This document shows, in pieces, positions 49,201 through 61,576 of a stretch of DNA of 64,000 nucleotides. Every line of letters begins with the position of its first letter. Positions within the stretch are counted from its first letter, which is position 1. Made by a program: the position numbers and the translations under genes. The DNA comes from Mustelus asterias. Its lineage: Eukaryota. The stretch is from assembly GCF_964213995.1 (NCBI RefSeq), contig NC_135823.1:3224001-3288000 (forward strand), written 5' to 3'. The notes beneath the pieces are model-generated. The model searched no databases. It was not told the origin of the DNA and worked only from the letters and a program-made list of their open reading frames with translations.

Positions 49201-49574
49201 CTGTCGCCGCCACACAGCATATTTATGCCACTAATCCCCTAACCTATGCATCCTGGGACACTAAAGGGCAATTTAGCATAGCCAATCAGCTTATCCTGAA
49301 AATCTTTGAAATGTGGGAGGAAACCAGAGCATCTGGAGGAAACCCACGCAGACACGAGGAGAATGTGCAAATTTAGGCAGTCAGCCAAGCCGGGAATCGA
49401 ACCAGGTCCCGGGAGCTGTGAGGAAGCAGTGCTAACCTATGTGTCACTGTGTCGCCCCTAATTAATGACTAAATAGTCAGATTAGGAAAATATTCAAATT
49501 TAAATCTCAAACTTCAATCCACAGGTTATCATGGTCAAACACAGACACTGGGAAGGCAAGACGGTACATCACGG
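43226..49574 (+). CDS. Gene B: non-rearranging antigen-receptor-like type I membrane protein (leader-V-C1-TM-cytoplasmic), 3' end incomplete
   Basis: Seven phase-compatible GT-AG exons give MAKPSLTLIMIFQGVYELCSSLSQSPFAMTAEVGQKVELFC...WFKQ...DSGSYYCAHVASYAPLQKAVTLLVG-DSSTNKSAVLVFVPP...CMVS...WNIS...YSIRSHIIVP...CTCIAQ...-GWCSMKHPIVITVLVILILLLVLLSIWVCKSDRS plus a cytoplasmic tail. Confidence 0.88.
43573..43899 (+). CDS. Gene B exon 2, Ig V-set domain (compact, extra Cys pair, degenerate J-like G strand)
   Basis: Acceptor ctctatttgcag|AA, donor GGA G|GTAAGA. Motifs LSQSP, VELFC, WFKQ, LEMRNIQVNDSGSYYCA, VTLLVG. Overlaps ORF 43608..43955. Confidence 0.92.
43993..44322 (+). CDS. Gene B exon 3, Ig C1-set domain
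   Basis: Acceptor cattgtccag|AT, donor ACA G|GTGAGT. Motifs AVLVFVPP, LVCMVS, IFWNIS, DGTYSIRSHIIVPSETWRSG, CTCIAQ. Confidence 0.92.
44330..45315 (+). mobile_element. CR1 RT/3' fragment in gene B intron 3, starting right after the C1 donor
   Basis: QGSILGLLLFEVHINDL...FPDDTK, RPHLEHRVEFWSP, and a TTCTTTG tail. Confidence 0.82.
45850..47060 (+). mobile_element. Very old CR1 3' remnants (two)
   Basis: Weak VQRxxTRM, TRGH and GGGCTGAATGGCCT signatures. Confidence 0.55.
48287..48388 (+). CDS. Gene B exon 4, stalk Cys plus transmembrane segment
   Basis: Acceptor ttttctctctgcag|GG, donor TCA G|GTGAGA. Encodes GWCSMKHPIVITVLVILILLLVLLSIWVCKSDRS. Confidence 0.88.
48488..48518 (+). CDS. Gene B exon 5, cytoplasmic mini-exon (GGRSKEIQNE)
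   Basis: Acceptor tttattcttgcag|GA, donor AA|GTGAGT (phase 1 to 2). Confidence 0.7.
48742..48794 (+). CDS. Gene B exon 6, cytoplasmic mini-exon (IRLAETTSRRVRKERQT); alternative in-frame acceptor would start at 48748
   Basis: Acceptor tccttatccag|T (or tattag|G), donor ACA G|GTGAGT. Phase 2 to 1 matches both neighbours. Confidence 0.68.
49124..49458 (-). mobile_element. HE1-type SINE in gene B intron 6
   Basis: Similar to 3731-4076. Confidence 0.8.
49525..49574 (+). CDS. Gene B exon 7, cytoplasmic mini-exon (GYHGQTQTLGRQDGTSR)
   Basis: Acceptor cttcaatccacag|GT, donor CGG|GTAAGT (phase 1 to 0). Confidence 0.65.
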
Positions 49575-50519
49575 GTAAGTGTAATATGTTGTAATATTGA
49601 ATGGAATATTGCTGATTTTATCCGAATAAAGTGAAGGACATCCCATGTTTTATATATCATACGGTAAACAGAACGCAGGTCAGCACAAAACTTTAAAATT
49701 TGTTTTAAATCACAATCGTCCTTCTAAACTGGAATCAATATATCTCCCTTTGCCTCCCTTTCATCTGATCATACATTAATGTTCTGCTTAGACTATCTCC
49801 GTCAGACATTACAGAGGATTCCCAGCAATTCCAAAAATGCATGGCCTACCTTTTACTATTTTTCACTTTACTTCTCTCTTGAGTGCGTCTGGTCTCCATT
49901 CCCTCACCTCCCAGATTCCTCCCATCCACACGCACACGCTGCCCTGTAAATCCATAACCACTACCATTGGAATGAAGATAAGACCAAACATATAAACAAT
50001 TGAAACATGTTTTGGTTAATTCGACAAAAGAGAGATAGCTAGAGAGAAAGGGAGATATTGAGTCAGAGAGAAGGGCAAGAGAGAGAGAGAGAGAAAAGGT
50101 AATACATGTATGCATGCGGCTGCGTGTGAACATTCTTTGTATCCATATTTTGATTTTGATTTGATTTGATTGATTTGTTATTGCCACATGTATTAGTATA
50201 CAGTGAAACTTATTGTTTCTTGCGCACCATATGGACAAAGCATGCCGTCCACAGATAAGGAAAGGAAAGAGTGCAGAAGATGATGTTACAGTCATAGCTG
50301 GGGTGTAGCGAAATATGAACTTAATGTGAGGTAGGCCATTCAAAAGTCTGATGGCAGCAGCGGAAACGTTGTTCTTGAGTCGGACTCAAGTGAGTGCGTG
50401 AGACTCTATATGTGTGTGTTTGTGTGTGTGTGCGCGCGCGCACGTGTATGTGTGTGTGAGAGAGAAAAAAAGAGATAGTGAGAAGGGCGGAGACAGATCC
50501 ATGTTTTGTGTGTGAGACT

Positions 50520-50810
50520 TAAGACCATAAGACCATAAGACATAGGAGCGGAAGTAAGGCCATTCGGCCCATCGAGTCCACTCCACCATTCAATCATGGT
50601 TGATTTCAACTCCATTTACCCGCTCTCTCCCCATAGCCCTTAATTCCTCGAGAAATCAAGAATTTATCAATTTCTGTCTTGAAGACGCTCAACGTCTCGG
50701 CCTCCACAGCCCTCTGTGGCAATGAATTCCACAGACCCACCACTCTCTGGCTGAAGAAATTTCTCCTCATCTCTGTTCTAAAGTGACTCCCTTTTATTCT
50801 AAGGCTGTGA
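50520..50810 (-). mobile_element. CR1 3' end
   Basis: RRNFFSQRVVGLWNSLPQ and a (TCTTATGG)n tail. Confidence 0.8.
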
Positions 50811-51330
50811 AATTCAACGTGGGCAAGTGCGAGGTCGTACACTTTGGAAAAAAGAATAATTTCAAATACTTGTATACTCCATTCCCTTTTAAACATAGGC
50901 CAACATTCTATTTGCCAGGACCTGATGAACTTGCATGCTGGATTTCTGTGATTCATGCATGAAGCTCGAAGCTTCACAGTGCTGAAGGTTTCTGTTGTCT
51001 TTGTCCGCTTAAGTAATATTCAGATCCTGTATTCTTCCCATCACAGTGCACAAATTTACATTGCCCTCCGTTAAATATAATCTGTTTGTGTGTGGAAGCA
51101 TAAATGGTGGTGTCGATGCATCGGTATGAATGAGTGAGACTGCGTGAGGGGGGAATCTGTGTTTGAGTACGTATGTGTTAGCGTCTATATGGGTGTGAGG
51201 TGTGTAAGACTGCGTGTATGCTTTTGTGTGTGCATCTGTATTTAGGTGCATTTCTGAATTTATTTTGGTATGCGAGTGCACTCGTGTGTGTGTGTGTGCG
51301 TGTGTGCCTGTGTGTGTGGGTGTGAACGAG

Positions 51331-51465
51331 NNNNNNNNNNNNNNNNNNNNNNNNNNNNNNNNNNNNNNNNNNNNNNNNNNNNNNNNNNNNNNNNNNNNNN
51401 NNNNNNNNNNNNNNNNNNNNNNNNNNNNNNNNNNNNNNNNNNNNNNNNNNNNNNNNNNNNNNNNN
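51331..51465. other. Assembly gap (135 N) next to a (TG)n-rich stretch
   Basis: Run of N. Confidence 0.99.
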
Positions 51466-51639
51466 TACTGGGCAGCTCCCGGCTCTCTCCCCATCACCAA
51501 CCCTCTCATGCATCTGTGCTGCAAGATCAAATGTGTGAGTCACAAATACAGCGACTTGATAAGAATTTCTGGTCTGAATGCCACGACCAGTCTTAGTGTT
51601 AGCATAAGGTGTGAGGCGAGGGTGTGGTGTGGGGATAAA

Positions 51640-52510
51640 AAGGAGAGTAGAGACAAGACGAATTTTCAGGACCGCTATCTGGAACTAATGGATTGTCACA
51701 TGGATCACTGCTCGGGCTACATTTATTTGCAATATACATTCATGAGCAGGGCGAGAAAAGTGAATTGACTATAGTCAGGTTTGTGGATGACTCCAAAATG
51801 AATGCATTGCAAAAGATAATGATGACGGAAATACTGTACAGGGGATATATAGAAGGTAAGTAGAAACGCGGTAAATGATATTTAACGTAGGGCAATGCAA
51901 AGGTGTGATCTGTGATGGAAAGAATACAAGAGATGAGTATTATTTCAATGGATAAAGAAAACAGGAAGCTGCAGCACTGAGAGACTTCGGAGCTCATGCA
52001 CGAATCACAAAACTCTAACATGCACGTTCATCAGTTAATCGCAAATAGAATATTGGCCTCTGTTTCAAAGGGAATGGAGCATAAAAATGTGCAAAATTTC
52101 TTAAAATGTGCAAGGCTCTAGTTAGACCATAGCTGGAGTAATGAACACTTCTGATCCCCATAACGAAGAAACAAATACACTGACACTGGATGCAGCGTAG
52201 AGAAGATACACTTGATTGATCGCAGGTATGGACGTATTTCCGTATGAGGAGAGGTTGATCCATTGGGTCGGTACTCAATGGCGTTTAGGAGAGTGAGAAG
52301 ATCTCATCGGAAGAAGTCGCCCAATTAATGCAGAGATAAAGGAGTTGAAGGAGATTTTTTCTCTCAGAGGGTTGTGAATCTGTGAAATTATGTAGTGCAC
52401 AGAGCAGTAAAGTTTGGATGGACACGTATATTGAGAGCTGAGGGAGACAGATTGTTCGTCAGTAAGGGGATGATGAGAAATCGGATAAGGTTGGAAAACA
52501 GATTTGAGGA
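51640..52510 (+). mobile_element. Old degraded CR1
   Basis: FVDDSK, LVRP and FFSQRVVNL remnants. Confidence 0.6.
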
Positions 52511-52678
52511 TTTTCACGTGAAATTTCAACAAACGGATCAAACCTACACTCTGCAGCCCTTCTGCATCCAGTCGCAAATTGTGATGGATAATTAAGGAAC
52601 TCGCTGGAGGAGGAGGCTCCACAAATACCGAAGTATTCAATCAAGGGGAAGGGAGGAACCCAACCTTGGAAAAGATAC

Positions 52679-52752
52679 GGCGGCACGGTAGCACAGTGGT
52701 TAGCACTGCTGCTTCAGAGCTCCAGGGGCCTGGGTTTGATTCTCGGATTGGC
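52679..52752 (+). mobile_element. HE1-type SINE 5' head (tRNA-related part only)
   Basis: GGCGGCACGGTAGCACAGTGGTTAGCACTGCTGCTTCAGAGCTCCAGGGGCCTGGGTTTGATTCTCGG, cut off by the satellite. Confidence 0.8.
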
Positions 52753-52755
52753 GGA

Positions 52756-53444
52756 GTGGAGTCTCACACTCTCTCTCAGTACACAGACTGGAGTCTCACA
52801 CTCTCTCTCAGTACACTGACAGGAGTCTCACACTCGCTCTCAGTTCACTGACGAGAGTCTCACACTCTCTCTCAGTACACCGACTGGAGTCTCACACTCT
52901 CTCTCAGTACACTGGAGTCTCACACTCTCTCTCAGTACACTGGAGTCTCACACTCTCTCTCAGTATACTGGAGTCTCACACTCTCTCTCAGTACACTGAC
53001 TGGAGTCTCACACTCTAGCTCAGTACACAAACTGGAGTCTCACACTCTAGCTCAGTACACTGACTGGAGTCTCACATTCTCTCTCAGTACACAGGAGTCT
53101 CACTCTCTCAGTACACTGACTGGAGTCTCACACTCTAGCTCAGTACACTAACTGGAGTCTCACACTCTCAGTACACTGACTGGAGTCTCACACTCTCTCT
53201 CAGTACACTGACTGGCATCTCACACTTTCTCTCAGTGCACTGACCGGTGTCTCAGGCTATCCCTGAATACACTGACTGGAGTCTCTCTCCCTTCCTCACA
53301 GTCCTGCTCTTGCACTCTCTCTCTCTCTCTCTCAGCACACTGACTGCAGTCTCATACTTGCACTCAGTACACTGACCGGAGTCTCAGACTATCCCTGAGT
53401 GCACTGACTGGAGTATCTCTCCCTTCCTCACTGTTCTGCTCTTG

Positions 53445-53480
<36 letters not shown>

Positions 53481-56400
53481 ACACTGACTGCAGTCTCATA
53501 CTTGCTCTCAGTACAGTGACTGGAGTCTCATATTCTCGCTCTGTACACTGACTGGAGTCTCACACTCGCTCTCAGTACACTGACAGGAGTCTCACTCTAT
53601 CAGTACACGGACTGGAGTCTCACACTCTCAGTACACTAACTGTAGTCTCACACTCTCTCTGAGTACACTGACTGGAGTCTCACACTCTCTCTCAGTACAC
53701 TGACTGGAGTCTCACTCTCTCAGTACACTGACTGGAGTCTCACACTCTCTCTCAGTACAGTGACTGGAGTCTCACACTCTCTCTCTGTACACTGACAGGA
53801 GTCCCATACTCTCGCTCTGTACACTGACTGGAGTGTCAGACTCGCTCTTAGCACACTGACTGGAGTCTCACACTCTCGCTCTGTACACTGACTGGAGTCT
53901 CAGACTCGCTCTCAGTACACTGACAGGAGTCTCACACTCTCAGTACACTGACTGGAGTCTCACACTCTCAGTAGACTGACTGGAGTCTCACACTCTCTCT
54001 CAGTACACTGACAGGAGTCTCACTCTCTCAGTGCACTGACAGGAGTCTCACTCACTCTCTCAGTACACTGACAGGAGTCTCACTCTCTCAGTACACTGAC
54101 TGGAGTCTCACACTCCCTCTCCGTACTCTGACTGGAGTTTAACACTCTCTCTCAGTATACTGACTGGAGTCTCACTCTCTCTCTCTCTCAGTACAGTGAC
54201 TGGAGTCTCACACTCTCTCTCAGTACAGTGACTGGAGTCTCTCACTCTCTCTCAGTATACCGACAGGAGTCTCACACACCCTCTCAGTACACTGACTGGA
54301 GTCTCACACTCTCTCTCAGTACACTGACAGGAGTCTCACTCTCTCAATACACTGACTGGAGTCTCACACTCCCTCTCCGTACACTGACTGGAGTTTAACA
54401 CTCTCTCTCAGTATACTGACTGGAGTCTCACTCTCTCTCTCTCAGTACAGTGATTGGAGTCTCTCACTCTCTCTCAGTATACTGACAGGAGTCTCACACA
54501 ACCTCTCAGTACACTGACTGGAGTCTCACACTCTCTCTCAGTACACTGACAGGAGTCTCACTCTCTCAGTACACTGACTGGAGTCTCACACTCCCTCTCC
54601 ATACACTGACGAGTTTAACACACTCTTTCAGTATACTGACTCGAGTCTCACTCTCTCTCTCTCTCTCTCTCTCAGTACAGTGACTGGAGTCTCAGACTCT
54701 CTCTCAGTACAGTGACTGGAGTCTCTCACACTCTCTCAGTATACTGACAGGAGTCTCACACACCCTCTCAGTACAATGACTGGAGTCTCACACACTCAGT
54801 ACACTGACTGGAGTCTCACACTCTCTCTCAGTACAACGACTGGAGTCTCACACTCTCTCCCAGTACACTGGAGTCTCAAACTCTCTCTCATTACACTGAC
54901 TGGCGCCTCACACTTTCTCTCAGCACACTGACCGGTGTCTCAGACGATCCCTGAATACACTGACTGGAGTCTCTCTCCCTTCCTCACTGTTCTGCTCTTG
55001 CACTGTCTCTCTCTCTCTCTCAGTACACTGACAGGAGTCTCACACTCTCTCTCAGTACACTGATTGGAGACTCACACTCTCTCTCAGTACACTGAACGGA
55101 GTCTCAGACTCTCTCTCAGTACACTGACAGGAGACTCAAACTCTCTCTCATTACACGGACTGGCGTCTCACACTTTCTCACAGTACACTGACCGGTGTCT
55201 CAGGCTATCCCTGAATAAACTGATTGGAGTCTCTCTCCCTTCCTCACTGTTCCGCTCTTGCACTGTCTCTCTCTCTCTCTCACTCTCTCTCTCAGTACAC
55301 TGACAGGAGTCTCACACTCTCTCTCAGTACACTGACTGGAGTCTCACACACGCTCTCAGTACACTGACAGGAGTCTCACACTCTCAGTACACTGACTGGA
55401 GTCTCACACTCTCTCTCAGTACACTGATTGGAGTCTCCCACTCTCTCTCGCAGTCCACTGACTGGAGTCGCACACTCTCTCTCAGTACACTGATTGGAGT
55501 CTCACACTCTCTCTCAGTACACTGACTGGAGTCACACACTCTCTCTCAGTACACTGATTGGTGTCTCACACTCTCTCTCAGTACACTGATTTGAGTCTCA
55601 CACTTTCAGTACACTGACTGGAGTCTCACACTCTCTCCCAGTGCACTGCCTGAAGGCTCACACACTCCCTCATTACACTGACTGGCGTCTCACACTTTCT
55701 CTCAGTACCCTGACCGGCGTCTCAGGCTATCCCTGAATAGACTGATTGGAATCTCTCTCCCTTCCTCACTGTTCCGCTCTTGCACTGTCTCTCTCTCTCT
55801 CTCTCTCAGTACACTGACTGCAGTCTCATACTTGCTCTCAGTACACTGACAGGAGTCTCACACTCTCAGTACACTGACAGGAGTCTCACACTCTCAGTGC
55901 ACTGACAGGAGTCTCAAACTCTCTCTCAGTGCACTGACAGGAGTCTCACACTCGCTATCAGTACACTGACAGGAGTCTCAAACTCTCTCTCAGTACACTG
56001 ACTGGAGTCTCACACTCGCTATCAGTACACTGACAGGAGTCTCACACTCTCAGCACACTGACTGGAGTCTCACAATCTCTCTCAGTACACTGACTGGAGT
56101 CTCACACTCTCTCTCAGTACACTGACTGGAGTCTCACAATCTCTCTCAGGACACTGACTGGAGTCTCACACTCTCTCTCAGTACACTGACTGGAGTCTCA
56201 CACGCGCTCTCAGTACACTGACTGGAGTCTCACACTCTCTCTCAGTACACTGCTTGGAGTTTACACTTTCTCTCAGTACACTGACTGGTTTCTCAGGCTA
56301 TCCCTGAGTACACTGACTGGAGTCTCTCTCCCTTCCTCACTGTTACGCTCTTGCATTGTGTCCCTCTCTCTCTCTCTCTCTCTCTCAGTACACTGACTGC

Positions 56401-56842
56401 AGTCTCATATTTGCACTCAGTACACTGACAGGAGTCTCACATCTCTCTCAGTACACTGACCGGAGTCTCAGACTATCCCTGACTGCACTGACTGGAGTAT
56501 CTCTCCCTTCCTCACTATTCTGCTCTTGCTCTCTCTCTCTCTCTCTCTCTCTCCCTCTCTCTCTCTCAGGACACTGACTGGGGTCTCGTAATTGCTCTCA
56601 GTACATTGACAGGAGTCTCACACTCTCTCTCAGTACACTGACTGGAGTCTCACACTCTCTCTCAATACACTGACTGGAGTCTCACACTTTCTCTCAGCAC
56701 ACTGACTGCAGTCTCATACTTGCTCTCAGTACACTGACTGGAGTCTCACACTCTCTCTCAGTACACTGACCGGGGTGTCTCAGGCTATCCCTGAATACAC
56801 TGACTGGAGTCTCTCTCCCTTCCTCACTGTTCTGCTCTTGCA

Positions 56843-56877
<35 letters not shown>

Positions 56878-57769
56878 CACTGACTGCAGTCTCATACTTG
56901 CTCTCAGTACACTGATTGGAGACTCACACTCTCTCTCAGTACACTGACTGGAGTCTCACACTCTCAGTACACTGACTGGAGTCTCAAACTCTCTCTCAGT
57001 ACACTGACTGGAGTCTCACACTCGCTCTCAGTACACTGACTGGAGTCTCAAACTCTATCTCAGTACACTGACTGGAGTATCTCTCCCTTCCTCACTATTC
57101 TGCTCTTGCACTGTCTCTCTCTCTCAGTACACTGACTGGAGTCTCACACTCGCTCTCAGTGCACTGACAGGAGTCTCACACTCTCTCTCAGTGCACTGAC
57201 TAGAGTCTCACACTCTCTCTCAGTACACTGACAGGAGTCTCACACTCTCTCTCAGTACACTGACTGGAGTCTCACACTCTCTCTCAGTACACTGACTGGA
57301 GTCTCACACTCTCTCTCAGTACACTGACTGGAGTCTCACACTCTCTCTCAGTACACTGACTGGAGTCTCACACTCTCTCTCAGTACACTGACTGGAGTCT
57401 CACACGCGCTCTCAGTACACCGACTGGAGTCTCACACTCTCTCTCAGTACACTGACTGGAGTCTCACACTCTCTCTCAGTACACTGCTTGGAGTCTTACA
57501 CTTTCTCTCAGTACACTGACTGGTTTCTCAGGCTATCCCTGAGTACACTGACTGGAGTCTCTCTCCCTTCCTCACTGTTACGCTCTTGCATTGTGTCCCT
57601 CTCTCTCTCTGTCTCTCTCTCTCTCAATACACTGACTGCAGTCTCATATTTGCACTCAGTACACTGACAGGAGTCTCACATTTCTCTCAGTACACTGACC
57701 GGAGTCTCAGACTATCCCTGAGTGCACTGACTGGAGTATCTCTCCCTTCCTCACTATTCTGCTCATGCA

Positions 57770-57808
<39 letters not shown>

Positions 57809-60698
57809 CACTGACTGCAGTCTCATACTTGCTCTCAGTACACTGACAGGAGTCTCACTCTCTCAGTACACTGACTGGAGTCTCACGCTCTCTCTCAGTA
57901 CACTGACTGGAGTTTCACTCTCTCTCAGTACACTGACTGGAGTCTCACACTCTCTCTCAGTACAGTGACTGGAGTCTCACACTCTCTCTCTGTACACTGA
58001 CAGGAGTCTCATACTCTCGCTCTGTACACTGACTGGAGTCTCAGACTCTCTCTCAGTACACTGATTGGTGTCTCACACTCTCTCTCAGTACACTGATTGA
58101 AGTCTCACACTTTCAGTACACTGACTGGAGTCTCACAGTCTCCCTCATTACATTGACTGGTGTCTCACACTTTCTCTCAGTACAGTGACTGGAGTCTCAC
58201 GCTCTCTCTCTGTGCACTGACAGGAGTCTCATACTCTCGCTCTGTACACTGACTGGAGTCTCAGACTCTTTCTCAGTACACTGACCGGCGTCTCAGGCTA
58301 TCCCTGAATAGACTGACTGGAGTCTCTCTCCCTTCCTCACTGTTCCGCTCTTGCACTGTCTCTCTCTCTCTCTCTCTCTCAGTACACTGACTGCAGTCTC
58401 ATACTTGCTCTCAGTAAACTGACAGGAGTCTCAAACTCTCTCTCAGTGCACTGACTGGAGTCTCACACTCGCTATCAGTACACTGACTGGAGTCTCACAC
58501 TCTCTCTCAGTACACTGACTGGAGTCTCACACTCGCTCTCAGTACACTGACTAGAGTCTCACACTCTCTCAGTACACTGCTTGGAGTCTTACACTTTCTC
58601 TCAGTACACTGACTGGTTTCTCAGGCTATCCCTGAGTACACTGACTGGAGTCTCTCTCCCTTCCTCACTGTTACGCTCTTGCATTGTGTCCCTCTCTCTC
58701 TCTCTCTCTCTCAGTACACTGACTGCAGTCTCATATTTGCACTCAGTACACTGACAGGAGTCTCACTTCTCTCTCAGTACACTGAACGGAGTCTCAGACT
58801 ATCCCTGAGTGCACTGACTGGAGTCTCTCTCCCTTCCTCACTATTCTGCTCTTGCTCTCTCTCTCTCTCTCCCTATCTCTCTCTCAGGACACTGACTGGG
58901 GTCTCGTAATTGCTCTCAGTACATTGACAGGAGTCTCACACTCTCTCTCAGTACACTGACTGGAGTCTCACACTCTCTCTCAATACACTGACTGGAGTCT
59001 CACACTTTCTCTCAGTACACTGACTGGAGTCTCACACGTTCTCTCAGTACACTGACCGGGGTGTCTCAGGCTATACCTGAGTGTACTAACTGGAGTATCT
59101 CTCCCTTCCTCACTATTCTGCTCTTGCACTGTCTCTCTCTCTCAGGACACTGACTGGGGTCTCATACTTGCTGTCAGTGCATTGACAGGAGTCTCACACT
59201 CGCTCTCAGTGCATTGACAGGAGTCTCACACTCGCTCTCAGTGCATTGACAGGAGTCTCACTCTCTCAGTACACTGACTGAGGTCTCACACTCTCTCTCA
59301 GTTCAGTGACTGGAGTCTCACACTCTCTCTCAGTACACTGACTGGAGTTTCATACCCTCGCTCTATACACTGACTGGAGTCTCATACTCTCAGTACACTG
59401 ACTGGAGTCTCACACTCTCAGTACACTGACTGGAGTCTCACACTCTCTCTCAGTACACTGACTGGAGTCTCACACTCTCAGTACACTGACTGGAGTCTCA
59501 TACTCGCTCTCAGTACACTGATTGGAGTCTCACACTCTCTCTCAGTACACTGACAGGAGTCCCACTCTATCAGTACACGGACTGGAGTCTCACACTCTCA
59601 GTACACTAACTGTAGTCTCACACTCTCTCTGAGTACACTGACTGGAGTCTCACGCTCTCTCTCAGTACAGTGACTGGAGTCTCACACTCTCTCTCTGTAC
59701 ACTGACAGGAGTCTCACACTCTCTCTCAGTACAGTGACTGGAGTCTCACGCTCTCTCTCAGTACACTGACTGGAGTCTCACACTCTCTCTCAGTACAGTG
59801 ACTGGAGTCTCACACTCTCTCTCTGTACACTGACAGGAGTCTCATACTCTCGCTCTGTACACTGACTGGAGTCTCAGACTCGCTCTTAGCACACTGACTG
59901 GAGTCTCACACTCTCGCTCTGTACACTGACTGGAGTCTCAGACTCGCTCTCAGTACACTGACAGGAGTCTCACACTCGCAGCACACTGACTGGAGTCTCA
60001 CACTCTCTCTCAGTGCACTGACAGGTGTCTCACTCTCAGTACACTGACTGGAGTCTCACACTCTCTCTCAGTACACTGACTGGAGTCTCACACTCTCTCT
60101 CAGTACACTGCTTGGAGTTTACACTTTCTCTCAGTACACTGACTGGTTTCTCAGGCTATCCCTGAGTACACTGACTGGAGTCTCTCTCCCTTCCTCACTG
60201 TTACGCTCTTGCATTGTGTCCCTCTCTCTCTCTCTCTCTCTCAGTACACTGACTGCAGTCTCATATTTGCACTCAGTACACTGACAGGAGTCTCACATCT
60301 CTCTCAGTACACTGACCGGAGTCTCAGACTATCCCTGACTGCACTGACTGGAGTATCTCTCCCTTCCTCACTATTCTGCTCTTGCTCTCTCTCTCTCTCT
60401 CTCTCTCTCCCTCTCTCTCTCTCAGGACACTGACTGGGGTCTCGTAATTGCTCTCAGTACATTGACAGGAGTCTCACACTCTCTCTCAGTACACTGACTG
60501 GAGTCTCACACTCTCTCTCAATACACTGACTGGAGTCTCACACTTTCTCTCAGCACACTGACTGCAGTCTCATACTTGCTCTCAGTACACTGACTGGAGT
60601 CTCACACTCTCTCTCAGTACACTGACCGGGGTGTCTCAGGCTATCCCTGAATACACTGACTGGAGTCTCTCTCCCTTCCTCACTGTTCTGCTCTTGCA

Positions 60699-60741
<43 letters not shown>

Positions 60742-61535
60742 CACTGACTGCAGTCTCATACTTGCTCTCAGTACACTGACTGGAGTCTCACACTCTCTCT
60801 CAGTACACTGACTGGAGTCTCACACTCTCAGTACACTGACTGGAGTCTCAAACTCTCTCTCAGTACACTGACTGGAGTCTCACACTCGCTCTCAGTACAC
60901 TGACTGGAGTCTCAAACTCTATCTCAGTACACTGACTGGAGTATCTCTCCCTTCCTCACTATTCTGCTCTTGCACTGTCTCTCTCTCTCAGTACACTGAC
61001 TGGAGTCTCACACTCGCTCTCAGTGCACTGACAGGAGTCTCACACTCTCTCTCAGTACACTGACTGGAGTCTCACACTCTCTCTCAGTACACTGACTGGA
61101 GTCTCACACTCTCTCTCAGTACACTGACTGGAGTCTCACACTCTCTCTCAGTACACTGACTGGAGTCTCACACGCGCTCTCAGTACACCGACTGGAGTCT
61201 CACACTCTCTCTCAGTACACTGACTGGAGTCTCACACTCTCTGTCAGTACACTGCTTGGAGTCTTACACTTTCTCTCAGTACACTGACTGGTTTCTCAGG
61301 CTATCCCTGAGTACACTGACTGGAGTCTCTCTCCCTTCCTCACTGTTACGCTCTTGCATTGTGTCCCTCTCTCTCTGTCTCTCTCTCTCTCAATACACTG
61401 ACTGCAGTCTCATATTTGCACTCAGTACACTGACAGGAGTCTCACATTTCTCTGAGTACACTGACCGGAGTCTCAGACTATCCCTGAGTGCACTGACTGG
61501 AGTATCTCTCCCTTCCTCACTATTCTGCTCATGCA

Positions 61536-61576
<41 letters not shown>

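Noticed and set aside
49792-49995. Possible terminal exon of gene B after ttctgcttag (TISVRHYRGF...)
   Set aside because: Phase-compatible and open, but low-complexity, motif-free and with a weak acceptor; not supportable without cDNA.
17679-51050. Isolated CACAGTG/CACTGTG heptamers (e.g. ~17679, 22957, 25749, 36839, 42998, 43023, 50974, 51042) as RSS
   Set aside because: In those I checked there is no ACAAAAACC-like nonamer at 12 or 23 bp and no adjacent V or J coding segment.
52540-52660. Possible terminal exon of gene B (PFCIQSQIVMDN*)
   Set aside because: The sequence matches a LINE remnant also present at ~17560-17750.
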